A stretch of 63,674 bases of DNA, the filler included, from Octopus bimaculoides (Eukaryota): assembly GCF_001194135.2 (NCBI RefSeq). It is 5 parts of 5 records of this genome, joined end to end, with 100 filler letters (N's around TTAATTAATTAA, not from the genome) between each part and the next. Parts side by side here need not be neighbours in the genome. Positions count along the whole stretch, not along the records: positions 1 to 20,843 come from NC_068981.1; positions 20,944 to 48,617 come from NC_068982.1; 3 more parts are not named here. One strand, given 5' to 3'. The notes under the pieces were generated by a model, which saw only the letters and a program-made list of their open reading frames with translations, did not search any database and was not told where the DNA came from. Below are positions 14,791 to 27,900 of this stretch, piece by piece. Within the stretch, counting starts at the first letter, position 1; every line of letters starts with the position of its first letter. The translations under genes and the position numbers were made by a program.

Positions 14791-14999
14791 CTATAAATAT
14801 GTATATATATTTATAGATGCATATGAAATACATAATAATATATCTCCTAATATAATAATGAGCGCTGTGTTTTTATATATGTGTATATATATAAATATTT
14901 TTCTAACATCACGCAGTTGGTGGACTTAAGACAAATAGTATTTTAAGTGAAGGGAAAATACAGGAAATAGTAATTCAGTGAAATATAAGTAGTGAGAGT

Positions 15000-15841
15000 A
15001 ATAGCCATGACTGAGAGGGAGTGAGAGAGATTAATAGCATTGAGAGAGAGCGGAAGTGGCAAAGAGGGCGTCACCTCCAAAAGCCTGTAATTTCACAAGC
15101 GAAATTTTGTCGTTACATTATACGAAGATCATTTTCTCTAATATTTCGGTTCCAATGTGTATGTGTATATTTACAATATATTGCTTCTGTTACCAGTTCA
15201 CTAATAATTTTAGTTATCAGTAATCACATATCTTATTTACAGTATATAGTGTTTGTAGGCGGAGTAAGGAATACGCACACCATCTGTTTTCGGCGTAACC
15301 CTAAACCTAATCCCAGCCCTAATCCTAAACCTTAACCCTAAACCTAAACTTAAACACAGGTTGTGCGTATTTTTTACCTTCGCCATGTTTGTTATCAGTT
15401 CGCTGATATTTTTAGTCATCCGTAATCTCATAAATTTGTTATCCATTCCCTGATTCTCTTCGTTCTGTTATGGAAAATGAAACAGACAGAAGGCGATTAG
15501 TAGCCAAAGAGAGACAAAGGCGAAGAATAGCCAGTTTCACCCAGGAATTCTTGGACGCAGGGACATTAAAAAATAAAAATATCATTAAATCAATCACAAG
15601 AAATGAGATAAGAGACAAGAGCACAAGATGCAGGACGACAGGCTCGAAGACGTGGAAATGAAAAGGAGAACCTCATTGCACAAAGAAGAGATATCCAAAG
15701 ATAGAGAGAGAACAGCACAAATACACAAAAGATTAAACGGAAGAGCAAGAAGCACAAAGGAGCGAAATCGAAACAGAGAACATCGCAAAGGCGCGAAAGT
15801 GAAATGGAAGAGCAGGAAGAGAGAGAGAGAGAAAGAAAGAA

Positions 15842-15926
<85 letters not shown>

Positions 15927-16000
15927 AAAGAGTAAAAGTGAAGAAGAAGCAAACTTTCCGTATAATTTTCATGCCGTCATAATTGACGGCTCGGGTAAAA
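15000..16000 (+). mobile_element. Helitron/Helentron-like non-autonomous fragment
   Basis: Degenerate TAACCC(T) array at about 15296-15355, R/E-rich ORF 15470..15661 resembling Helitron N-terminal repeats, and 3' hairpin GCCGTCA-TAAT-TGACGGC at 15973-15990. Confidence 0.5.
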
Positions 16001-16099
16001 AAGTAAAACTAAAACCATCTTGTTAAAGGAAAATCAAGTATATACTGGAGCTAGTTGCATCAATTTTTTATATACAACATCTTAGTTTACATATATTAA

Positions 16100-16620
16100 T
16101 AGGCGCAGGCATGGATCTGTGTTATGAGGTTTGCTTCACAAGCTCATTGTTCCGGGTTCGGTCGCACTGTGTGACAACTTGGACAATTACTTTCTAATGT
16201 AGCTTCAGGGTACCCAAGGCCTTCTGAGAGGATTTGGTAGATGGGAACTGAAAGATGCTCTTCGTATATATATGTATGTGTGTAGTGTGGGCCAAAAGTC
16301 ACACACCGCTAAGTTCAAAGCACATGTCCATGATAAACAAAATGAATGATAATACAATAAGAATGTAATATAAATAAATGTCATGTTTGGTGTATGGCTT
16401 TTCTCTCAGCCTCATAGTTGTCCTCCCACCATTTCTCGACATCCAGTTTTGATGTGTTTACATCCCTATAACTTAGTGTAGGTGACTGATAGGATGTGAT
16501 CCAGGCTTTACCACACAAGTACTGGTATTGATTTATCAAATATATCCAGTCCTTCAAGGTGGTGCCCCAGCATAGTTGCAGTCAAATGACTAAAACAATT
16601 CAAAGAAAAAGATAACAGAT
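16100..16620 (+). mobile_element. SINE family A, interrupted by a ~120 bp insertion
   Basis: Head at 16100-16270, tail at 16400-16620. Confidence 0.7.
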
Positions 16621-16658
16621 AAGATTATATATATGTTTATATTTTTAGTTATTTATAC

Positions 16659-16716
<58 letters not shown>

Positions 16717-18299
16717 CATATGAATACACACATATATATGTATTTATGTCTGCATATATGCCAATATTTATATATATGCATGTATACACTCACATTTATT
16801 TCATGTGGACGATATTTTCATTGAAAACGGTCAAAATGTATTTGCTTATTCAAGTGCTTGAAATCTGGATATGTACGTTTAGTTACTAGATTGATAACAT
16901 TTTGCAATGGTTTTTTCCCCCCATTGTCTTCGTGAGTCATCCTATATTATTAAGAAAAATGTTGACATTTATAACGATACTGTCACGCCATCGTCATATG
17001 TTGCCAAATTTAAATAATACTTTTTTTTTTATTGTAATAATATTAACTATTGTAAAAATATTATAATGAAAATTAAAAATTTGTCCCTTGAGTCTCTTCT
17101 ATAATGAACATAGAGGAAAGTAAAGTAGAGCAAGTGAAGTTTTGAAACTAAATTATTCATAAGCAATTAAAGTTGTATCTATAAAAAGAACAATAGTGAA
17201 GTGATATAAGGTAGAGCAATCACGAAATTTGAAACGGATCATAAAATGAATAAAAGGAATGCATACAGAGAGATTGATATTTTGAGGCTAGGATACTAAC
17301 TCCGCTCATGAGTAAAAGCATTTATAGAATTACTCATTGAAGTATATTCACCTCAAAGTATAGATTGACTTGGCGATATTATGGTTTTTGTTGTGTAAAT
17401 ATTTCACCGATTAGGCAATTTAAAATAAGGATATTGGAAATTTCCCTTAGCATGCATGCAAAATGAAGTATAATGAAGTGAAGACAATATCGTGTTTTAC
17501 GTGCTAATGATATTTGCTCAAACATTGAAATTGAAATTACATGCGTAATAAGCGTTAGTGGACATTCCGGTGAACGCTGGTAAGAGAAATAGACGTTAAA
17601 ACTAACTTTTTTCGTCAATTATATTTTCAGTTGATTACCACCTATTTTCCGGCTGGCCATTAATACCATGATAACCTACACTTAACATTATCTAGTTCAT
17701 GCAGGGATCACTATAAGAATATTTTTCAGGATCAGTATTGCAAACTTTTTTCGGCCGGTTTATTATTTTCACACTAACATTATGTACATGCCCAACAGGA
17801 ACCAAACATTCTAATATATTTTCTTTGCATTTAGAGTATAATTATAAACGGTAAATCATCTTAAATTTAGAAACACGAACTTTGATATGCATGGCCTACA
17901 CCATCGAATATGCATTTTTATTCTTTAGTACGTAAAATGTGGCTCGCATTTCAATTTGTACTGTATATAATTCGTATATAGAATGTTAAGAGTGATATTT
18001 CATATAATCAATCTTTCCAATTAAAACGTTCTGTGAATCAATTTTAGAATAATAATACATATTCTGCTGCAACAATTGTCACGGTGTGAGGATGGTGGGG
18101 TTGGCCTGGTGGTGACTGGTTCAGGTGACGAATGAAAATGTTACTTGTGTTGTTTGAAGAATTAAACGAGTCCGCCAGCAGTTATCAGATGATTTTATTA
18201 TCGCACATACAAACTACATTAGTATGTTACTGATGGCAACAGCAGTAGTTAAATACTGAAAGAGAGATACCGCTGGGTGTTTACGGCAGTCTGATGATA

Positions 18300-18905
18300 C
18301 AGTTACCTACAGCTTGCCCTGTGCTATATGCGTGGCGTTGGAGTTTCCTATCATCTATCTGCGTCATCTCTTTTAGCCACCTTCCTGGAACGTCTGGCTG
18401 CAAAAGATGCACGCTGAGCGACTTTTATAGGGGACCGGAAGTCAGATTCTAGAAGGTTCCAGAAAATATGTTCACGCCATCGCCTCACGCTAATTGGTAT
18501 GTTAGTAGAACGATCAAGTAAAACTATTGTGGTTTGCACAATATGTCTGGCCGCGTATCCATACGTTTAATTTGGAATCTCTACGACATTCTCCGGTACA
18601 TATCTATCGTTTCGTTGGAAAAAAATTCGATTACTTTGTTGCTATCTTAAAATTCTACAATTTACTCAGGTCTAGTTTTTATCGAAGGCGAACTCTCGTT
18701 GCTTAATTAGCAGACGGTCTACACATCACCAGGTAGTTTCAAATTCAGGCTGATTCCTTTGTCCACAATAGCTGCAGGTTATTACACACTGCTAGAATAT
18801 AGTATTCAACTGTATGGCAGTACAAATTCTCTTTCTATTGTTGTTAGAATACCGGACTGATGAAATTGAGAATTGTGCGTCCAAAAAGGTTTAGACGGTA
18901 AGTAT
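18300..18905. promoter_or_regulatory. Candidate CpG-enriched bidirectional promoter with first exons on both strands
   Basis: ACCGGAAGT (ETS-like) at 18434-18442; minus-strand ATG at 18367 to donor G|GTAACT at 18307; plus-strand donor at 18732|GTAGTT, acceptor at 18847, ATG at 18860 and donor CG|GTAAGT at 18897. Confidence 0.35.
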
Positions 18906-19199
18906 AATATATAGTTTTGTGAATGTTATATTAAGATCACATACGCAACAATATACGTGAACATTACGCATATGATATGCGTGTGTATAAATAATTATTG
19001 CGCAAATACTCTTACAGCTTTACACTTTTACAGTAAACAAGTAATCAAGAAATGATCTGAAAGTCTCCCTATCTCCAGCAAAAATCCTCGCATAAGATAT
19101 TCTGATATAATTACACAAAGCTACATACACATACATAACATGTATACTTGCATGCAAGTAAACAGAAAGAGCATTTTCTTGTATATATCAATTCCACGT

Positions 19200-19670
19200 T
19201 AGCATGTGTCTACAACCAAATTTGAAGACATTTTATACACAAACACCAAACGAATTCTACATCCACCAAACAAGAAGTCTAATATCCCTTTATCAAATTG
19301 CTTATCAAACAACGAACACCAAGAGAGAAAAATAGACACACAAACTCTACTCAAATACGTTATTGATCATCAAAGAAAACATCAACGAAACCATTTTCTC
19401 TACCAACAAAGCCTGATTTATTACACCAAACTTACAAATGAAAACAGGAACTACCCTAAGAATCAATAAATATAAAGAGAACCAGCCTTAACTTACCACC
19501 TACCTACACTACATTACTCTGTGAAAACATTTCACTCGCCCAGTTGCTTAGGGCTTCAATACTGGACATTTATACCTTTTACTTTAACAGTTTCAAAGCA
19601 AAATTATTTAAATCCAATAATACAAAATGCAACAAAAGTACCGTCCACCTTATAATTACCTTACAAAAGA
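19200..19670 (+). mobile_element. Penelope-like element fragment (post-RT region)
   Basis: ORF 19206..19469 HPPNKKSNIPLSNCL resembles PLE HPxHxKxNIPYxLA. Confidence 0.55.
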
Positions 19671-19707
19671 GAAACACATGTAGGCTTTTTTTTCAAAATT
19701 CTATATG

Positions 19708-20125
19708 CGTAGGAGTGGTTGTGTGGTAAGTAGCTTGCTTACCAACCACATAGTTCCGGGTTCAGGCCCACTCCGTGGCACCTTGGGCACGTGTCTTCTA
19801 CTATAGCCTCGGGCCGACCAAAGCCATGTGAGTGGATTTGGTAGACGGAAACTGAAAGAAGCCCGTCGTATATATGTACATATATATACATATGCATGTG
19901 TGTGTATATCTTTGTGTGTCTGTGTTTGTCCCCCTAACATCGCTTGATAACCGATGCTGGTGTATTCACGTCCCCGTAACTTAGAGGTTCGGGAAAAAGT
20001 GACCGATAGAATAAGTACTAGGCTTACAAATAATAAGTCCTGGGGTTGATTTGCTCGACTAAAGGTGGTGCTCCAGCATGGCCACAGTCAAATGACTGGA
20101 ACAAGTAAAAGAGAGTAAAGAGTAT
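19708..20125 (+). mobile_element. SINE family A, full length (best copy)
   Basis: tRNA-like head GTGGTTGTGTGGTAAG...GGGTTCAGGCCC, CORE-like GGCACCTTGGGCACGTGTCTT, central microsatellite and tail ending ACAAGTAAAAGAG. Confidence 0.9.
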
Positions 20126-20843
20126 GTATGAATGTAAACAATAACATTAACCAAAATGTTATCAATAAGAAGTTTCCGAAGCACCTTCCGATAAATTCCA
20201 AATAACGACCCCATTCACACGCATTTGCCTAACGGTGATTAACTCAACGTAGACGTAAAGGAAAAAAAAAAATACGCTAATGGACAGCAGTCTGGCGATT
20301 GCCTAGATGGCGGAAATTTCGAAGTGACGTCGACAACATACTTTTATACGAAGAAAAAAATTGTACTCTACAAAAATATAAAGTAACCCATCAGATTCGT
20401 CTAAATACAACTGAAGGTGGGAACAAAAGTAAATATACACCTATTTGTGTGTGTATAAGTTTTTGACACGAAGTACAGATATTGAATATTTAGAATAATA
20501 AGGTAGTCAGAATGTTGTTGGATGATTATATATGTATATATATTATTCATTTACATGTTATTTACACTTTTAGCACTTTCTTCCGTTTTCGGATTTATCA
20601 AAACTCATCCAAGATTCTGACTAACTTATTCTTCTAAATATGTGGCTGCCAACACTTCTTTCTGCAAAATAGGCGTAGCTTATACTGTTCCGACTATATT
20701 AATAGCATTATCCTGCATTTAAGAATTAAAAAATCACTTCTTTATCTTTTTAAGACATCTCAATTGTTCTGAAAGCAAACTTCGTTTGTTTGTTTACGTT
20801 TATCGTAATTTGAATTTAACATATATATATATATATATATATA

Positions 20844-20943
20844 NNNNNNNNNNNNNNNNNNNNNNNNNNNNNNNNNNNNNNNNNNNNTTAATTAATTAAN
20901 NNNNNNNNNNNNNNNNNNNNNNNNNNNNNNNNNNNNNNNNNNN
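20844..20943. other. Artificial scaffold spacer N44-TTAATTAATTAA-N44
   Basis: Exactly 100 nt; the 12-mer gives stops in all six frames; identical spacer occurs four times. Confidence 0.95.
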
Positions 20944-20978
20944 CTTTTGCCAAACTTTTGGTATAAAAAAAAATATAT

Positions 20979-21015
<37 letters not shown>

Positions 21016-21099
21016 AATATGTATAAAATAACAAATAATAAATGAGTATATGCATATATACGTACAGGTATGTGCATACCTACGTCTACCAGTATATAT

Positions 21100-21490
21100 A
21101 GGTGCATATCTGGGTAAAGGACATTGCAAACAAAACGTAGACAAAAAATGATAATAACCAGAGTACAGAACACACACAGGCCACATAGAGAACATTTTCC
21201 TTCATCAGCTGCCCCCATTCTAACACAGGCGTTTCGAAGATTAGGGCAGGACGCATCGTTAAAATGGCTCTTCCCATGGATCACAAATTTGTATACACAA
21301 ATTAAACTGTACCATGGAGGAATATAGTGGCGGACAGAAAACAAGACAGGAAAACAAACGGAAAAGAAAACAAGACATGAAAACAAACGGAAAAGGCTAT
21401 ACGGCCAGACGTGAAAGATTAAGTGTATGTGGAACGCTGTGAAGCAACGAACTGGACGCGGGACAGTAGTTCGCGTGTTTGCTTGGCGAT
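21100..21490. mobile_element. Probable Penelope-like terminal repeat fragment
   Basis: Minus strand contains CTTCGAAACGCC and CAGCTGATGAAGG motifs; no coding potential. Confidence 0.35.
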
Positions 21491-22020
21491 AGCCAAGGAA
21501 GAAAATATATATGTGTGTGTGTGTGTGTGTGTGTACACACACGCACTCGCACACGTCATAAATTTCGAAGTTTTAGTATGTGACTAATAATTGATCGTAA
21601 TTATCATCAGTAGTAAATTACTTTTGACATGAGAATTAGTCATTTATCAGAAAGAAAGAAAAAACGAGAAAAAGAAAAAGAATGGTGAATTAGCAAGAAA
21701 TGCAGAAAGTAAACAGCCCGGAGATGATCAGATGTAAACTAGTTTTATGTCCTAATAAGACATAAGAGAAAAAGTAATTGCGCTTTACGTGGCAAAGTTG
21801 CAAACTTGTTTCATACTTAGATGTCATTCGTAAAGATCAAACGGATCAGCTAAACGGATTTCGATCACACCACGCAAACTTTGTAACATTTAAGATAACA
21901 TTCTTCGTCTTCTACTTTTCTCCCCACTCACTTTTCGTAAACGTGGTTGTTATTCTTATTGCAGCATCATTAACTTCTTAATCATCATTATGACTGTCAT
22001 CATTATTACTGTCATCATTA

Positions 22021-22185
22021 AGGCGGCAAGCTGGCAGAATTGTTAGGACGCCGAGCGAAATGCTTAGCAGTATTTCGTCTGCCGACATGTTCTGAGTTCA
22101 AATTCTGCTGAGGTCGACTTTGCCATTCATACCTTTCGTACCAAATTTCAGGACCTGTGCCTATAGTGGAAAGGATTATTATAAC
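22021..22185 (+). mobile_element. SINE family B (Meta-domain-like), internally deleted
   Basis: GGCGGCAAGCTGGCAGAAT...GAGTTCAAATTCTGCTGAGGTCGACTTTGCC, matching the 50985 copy. Confidence 0.85.
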
Positions 22186-22429
22186 CAGCAACGTTTTGTA
22201 GCACTCTTTGTCACAGAATGGGACTACTTCAGCAACTGCTCACCAATACAGCGACCTCTGTTCTGTTTGCCGCTGTATGAAACAGACTAGTGTTTCGTAA
22301 ATCAGTGTTGCACAACCCAACGATAGTGTTGAAAAGGAGAAATAGATATTGAAGCCATGAACTGGTGCCATAAATAGTTCTTTACCGGGGAACTAAATAG
22401 TCCCCTGCTAAGGGACTATTTTTGAGTCA

Positions 22430-22800
22430 TTAGATTATAGCCAGGCTGGGGCACCGCCTTGATGAATTTTTAGTCGAATGAGTCACTCCAGTGTTAATTT
22501 CTTTTTAAGCCTGGCATTATTTTATCGGTATGTTTAGCCGAACTGCATTGTTACGGAAACATAAACACACCAACACTGGTGATCAAACAGGCACAAAGAC
22601 ACACAGACAAATAAATGTGTGACGGGATTCTCTCAGTGTTTCCCTCTACCAAATTCACTCATAAGGCTTTGGTGGGGCCCCTGGCTATAGTAGAAGAGTT
22701 GCTCAAGATGCCAGGCAGTGGGAGTGAACCCAAGACCATGTGATTGGGAAGCAAGTTTCTTACCAGACAGTCACGCCTGCACTTACCGAGAAAGACATAG
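22430..22800 (-). mobile_element. SINE family A
   Basis: Reverse complement of head and tail. Confidence 0.8.
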
Positions 22801-22834
22801 TAACAAAGTTTAATTGCATCTCGAAAACCTTGTG

Positions 22835-23035
22835 TGAGTTTGTTCCCCACCGGGTTTGACAACAGGTGTTGGTGTGTTTACATCCTTGTAATATAGCATT
22901 TAGTCGAAAGAGCCCGAGCCAACGAGTAACAGATTTCAAGTAAGTACTGGGGTCAATTCGTTCGACTAAACGCTTTCAAGGCAGTGCCCCAGCATGGTCG
23001 TAATCCAGTGAATGAGACAAGTAAAGGGTAAAAGG
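22835..23035 (+). mobile_element. SINE family A, 3' half
   Basis: TTTGACAACAGGTGTTGGTGTGTTTAC...GCAGTGCCCCAGCATGG...ACAAGTAAA. Confidence 0.75.
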
Positions 23036-23158
23036 TGCAGCTATAGGCATGTTTTTACCTAGAAAAAAATCTGTTTCCTAGCAAGTGTCTTACTATTCCC
23101 TTGCATTGACTAAGAACTTGGGATTGAAAATTGGTAAACAGAAAGTTTNNNNNNNNNN

Positions 23159-23206
<48 letters not shown>

Positions 23207-23689
23207 GGTGGAATGGCCTCCCGAAAATGAATCAGTGTGGTTAGTGGAATGAATTTAAACAGCAAAGACAGAGGAAGGCAAACTAAATGCCACACAAAAT
23301 CCAGTCCTGATTTATTGAAATCAATTTCGCTTCAGGAGACAATAAACGAATTCTTGGAGGCAATTGCGTCGAATTCTGAGTGGAAATAAAAGATAATCCC
23401 AAGAAAGAAGAATTCTTGAAAATTTACATGGCTATTAAGGAAAAGGCTGTTTCTTGGAAAGAGAGACAATTATTTCTTTCTACCTTGGGAGGTATCAGGA
23501 GCTGAGCAGCTGTCGTAGCTTAAATGTAACATACACACGCACATACACACACACAAACAGGTTTATAACTTTTCTATATTACATTTATGTGTATTATTTT
23601 GTATTTTATACTTAAGATTTATCTTGCATATTTTTCTTGTTACACTACTTAATTGCTTGAATTATAGGAAGCGAACAGCATAAAACTTT

Positions 23690-24603
23690 ACCAGACGTAA
23701 AGATTAATATGTTTATCTTTTGGGCTTGTGTGTATTTTCCAATTCTATGACCACGCTAATTACCTTTATATTTTGCATCAGGAACTGGCTCTTTCCGTCT
23801 ATTTTTTCACTCTTGGGGGTTACGTCGCAAGCCCACCTTGTCTTTCTATAGAGGGTTGGTAGAAGCTCAGTGTGACGACGTCTTGGGGGAGACTCTAGGC
23901 TTCGATGATGGTCAATTAGCAGGCCTGTTCCAAAGAACATTCGGGCCAGGACCCTTGAATAACTTCCAAGGATCCCTGGCCTGGCAGTGTTACCGAGGAG
24001 CCTTACCAGTTCGCGATAAGCTCACAGGGCATGGTGCCCCTTGCACACACACGTGCCCAAGATGCGAGCAGGACAAGGAAACCGTTCTTCACGTATTTGT
24101 GCAATGCCCCCCAAATCTCTGAGATGTGGGTTTACGTTGAACATCTACAGTCACGGCTGGGAAGAGTACAGCTGTCTTCCAAGACGATTGTAAAGATTGT
24201 TCTTCCTAGAAGGCAAGGCTTGTTTTCTCGCTGTGGTCACTATAGCGAAAGAAACGGTATGGAAGACCAGCATGAAAAGAATCGTGACAGGCACATTCAT
24301 CTGTAGCCTCAGACTGGTCCATTACCTCATCTACCACAACCTTAAGAGGAAATTAAGGGTGGAGAGAAAATGCTTGTCACCTGATGTATATGGAAAAAGA
24401 TGGAAGGCTGTGGCGAGTTTGTTGCGAATGAATGAACCCACATAATGTATCCATAAGGTTACAGTGGTAGCACAGGGCTTGTGGGGGTCGAGGCAAAACC
24501 TGTCCCCTACTTCATTGTTTTGCTTATCATTCGATTATATAAATTTTTAACTTTTCACCTCTGTGTAAAAACCATATGGCCCCCCTGTGAGCAATAAAGA
24601 ATA
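23690..24603 (+). mobile_element. L1/Tx1-like LINE 3' end (cysteine-rich C-terminus, 3' UTR, polyA signal)
   Basis: ORF 23838..24122 SLAWQCYRGALPVRDKL..CPRCEQDKETVLHVFVQCP; AATAAA near 24593. Confidence 0.75.
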
Positions 24604-25064
24604 CGTTGAGAGAGGCAGACTCATTCAAGAATCTCACCTCTTGCCAGGCAGAAGGTTGAAGGCAGCTGAGCGACATGTGCCTCCATATTTGCTGTTCTGA
24701 CAGTGCAAGACATTCGTGTAGACGGCCTAAGACACACAAGAACTCTGTCAGCCCAAACAGAGCGCAGTGATTTCGTTTATGTCTTTTGTTATCTCAGCGC
24801 AGTGTCTCTCACGGTCTGTAATTATTAATGTTGTTATTTGGAAATGTCCAACAGTAATCATCTTTATGTACGACAATAAATGTTTCAGTTAAACGTTCAC
24901 GGATTTTGCTTCAATTATTCCCACAGCCAATGAAATATATCTTCGTTCACCAACACAATAAATAACAACCAACCACAGATAATGACCCTTTATGACAAAC
25001 TTATGGGCAGGTTATTCGGAACCAACCATATATAGATATACATACTTATATATACACACACTCA

Positions 25065-25101
<37 letters not shown>

Positions 25102-26100
25102 AAGTGCTGTGCACTCTTTTCTTTTTATATATATTGATATTTGCAGCAAGTTTCTTAAATTGTATCCTGAAATGAAGCCCATAATGCATTTGGCACCTGG
25201 ATTTTTCTAGTTGTGCCCTCTCTTACATGTGAAAGCAATTATCTTTATATTCTTATTGTTACTTAATTGCTATAAGATATAATCAAGGAGGTCGAGGTTG
25301 GTCAATGTGCTCAATTTTGCCTCTATTTAGTATTGCAGGTTTGTTAATTAGTCATTAATGAAAATTATGTAGCATCTCATAAGCGTATGAATTGATTTAT
25401 TCTGCATAAGAAAGTATTTCTAACTGTTGATAATATAGCTGTAAATGATATTTAGAGTTATATCCCAAAGAGAAGTATGCGATATAAAACGTAGAGATCA
25501 TCATACTTAATGTTGCGTGACATAATTTTCTGGATCACTTGCTGTCACCTTATGGTCTTCTTGTAGCTGCTTGAAAGGACCTTTATAGCTTTACATTAAA
25601 CTTTTGACATAATCTGACAGCCACATTTCAGGCAATTTAACTCCTTTGACCAACACAGACGTTTTTGGAAATAATTATTGCTGTTAGTTTACTAAATCTT
25701 GTTGAAATTACGTTTGTGGTTAAGATCACATTTGTGCAGATTTTAAATCTAAATATTTCAGTGACCAACATATTAGAGTTGTCTAGCATTCATGGACATA
25801 TGTTACCTGATCAGCCTATAGATATCTAGGATTGCTTATTTTATGGTTTCAGTTTCGTAATTATGTAAATTGAAATCATGAGGTCATACAATGTCTAGCA
25901 ATAAAATAACTTTGTGTTAAAAATCTAAGAAATATATATTTACATAAAACTAATTGCTTTGACATATATTTAGCAGAAATCTGTTATGGCTTATGGCTGT
26001 TTTAATGGTTGTGTTATTAGATTAGGGATAAACTGGACACAACAGCCTTCAAGGGTTTACTCATATTCATTTATTTGAGTCTTTTACAAGCCTCCCTCTT

Positions 26101-26180
26101 TTTCTCACTCTTACTCTCTCTTTCTCATTCTTACTCTCTCTTTCTCACTCTTACTCTCTCTTTCTCACTCTTACTCTCTC
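26101..26180 (+). repeat. 20-bp minisatellite TTTCTCACTCTTACTCTCTC x4
   Basis: Four consecutive copies with one substitution. Confidence 0.9.
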
Positions 26181-26654
26181 TTTCTCTCCCACCTTCCTTT
26201 CCTTCCGTGTCCTACTGGGGTAGCCAATTATCTTCCATAGTAAGACAACTATCTCCATCCCTCTATCATACTCCAACCTCTCGCCTGGCACATGGCCACT
26301 TCTTTTGGTTCCCGTCCCTCTCTCAGCAGTGACATACTTGCAAGCTACTTGGAAACTCTGCAGATATTTGTACCACATACTAAGCGCCTGTGTTGGCAGC
26401 ATGTATAAAGCATCCATGCTGGTTCCACATAAAAGCACCCAGTAGCAGGTTTTCTACAACCAGATGCCCTACCTGTCACCAACCCTTGCTTGTTTCCAAA
26501 CAGCCTAATATTTCCCATAACCTGACATGCTTTTATGGAAGACTGGAAATGAGCAACATTGTTTGAATGATGGTGGTGCTGCTGCTCTTCAAGACCATCA
26601 CATGATGTCAAGATGAAGGTAAACCAAAAAAAAAAAAAACACACATGTATATAT

Positions 26655-26800
26655 ATTTAGAATGAGCTTCCTTCAGTTTACGTCAGCCAAATTCACCCAC
26701 AAGGATTCAATGAGCCCAAGGTGTTGTGCAATGGAACTGAACCCAAGAAAACGTAGTTGGTTGGGAAGCAAGCTTCACAATCACACAGCTGTATTTGCAC
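26655..26800 (-). mobile_element. SINE family A head
   Basis: Reverse complement of head. Confidence 0.65.
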
Positions 26801-27355
26801 CAATCAAATTGGTAATTTAAATTCTTTTGGGGGTCTTCAGTCTGGAGAAATATGATTAGTATTTTATTTTATAGAGACTGATTAAAAAACTTTTACTGAC
26901 TCAACCTTCTTCAAGCATTTCCCAAATTACTCTGAGTAGATGCAATTGCATCAGGAAATTTGTAAACAAAACTTTCTAGAACTGTAGTCTCTGTTAACAA
27001 TCATTTTCCTCTCTTCCCTTCTCTATACTGATATATGTATTTTCAGTAGGTAAACAAAAAAATTAATTAATAAACACAAACAAATATTTTACAGGTGTAC
27101 ATACATACATTCCTTCACATAAACATGGAGAAATGTATTTCTGTGCATCTATATGAAATCTATATCATATATCATACATACGTACATACATACATACACA
27201 CATACATGTGAGTGAGCATGTGTATATGTGTGTGTGTGTAAATATAGTATATGTATGATGAAAAAAATTTATAATTCTCATCAATTATATTTTACTTCAA
27301 GCATCTGTAATATCTCTCACTAGTCTGAAATGTTTAGTTAGTTATATGTATGTGC

Positions 27356-27400
<45 letters not shown>

Positions 27401-27699
27401 CAAAACTCTTTTTCTACAATTAAATTCCACCTCTGATAAGGAAAAAAAAATGAAATAAATCTCCTGATATATTCCAGTAAAATATTAATTTATCAGTTTG
27501 CTTTAGATTCTTTAGCAAGTTGAAATATATTCTGCATGCTGTAAGCAGTAATTTCATTGGTAGCAAATATTTATGATTAATATTCTATCACAGCATCATA
27601 GGGGAGAATTGATTCTCCTGCATGTAAGATGACATGCTGAAGAGTACTAGATTTCATGAAAGTAGTGAGTGTGTGTGTGTTTATGTGTGTGTATCACCA

Positions 27700-27900
27700 T
27701 TATCAGCGTTTAAAGTCCGTTTTCCATCATAGCATGTGTTGTACAGTTTGGCAGGAGCTGGCGAGCCCATGGAGACACACCAGGTTCCATTGTTTGTTTT
27801 GGCATGATTTCTACAACTCGATGCCATTCCTAACACCAACCACTTTGCAGAGTCTACTGGGTGCTTTTTACATGGCACCAGTACCAGTTCTTTTTATAGT
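27700..27900 (-). mobile_element. RTE 3'-end-derived repeat
   Basis: Matches the 48270 copy (TTTAAxGTCCGTTTTCCAT...GATGCCxTTCCTAAC). Confidence 0.7.

Noticed and set aside
15296-15355. Telomere-like TAACCC tract
   Set aside because: Short, degenerate and embedded in a Helitron-like repeat, so not a chromosome end
19708-19780. tRNA-like A/B boxes in SINE heads
   Set aside because: No complete cloverleaf; they continue into SINE bodies, so they are not tRNA genes
20300-20340. AGATGGCGG (YY1-like) and TGACGTC (CRE-like) motifs
   Set aside because: Isolated short motifs near a contig end with no supporting exon structure
21190-21245. GAAAC then CTGATGA on the minus strand (permuted hammerhead)
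   Set aside because: No stem I can form between the putative cleavage site and the CUGAUGA box, and stem III is broken
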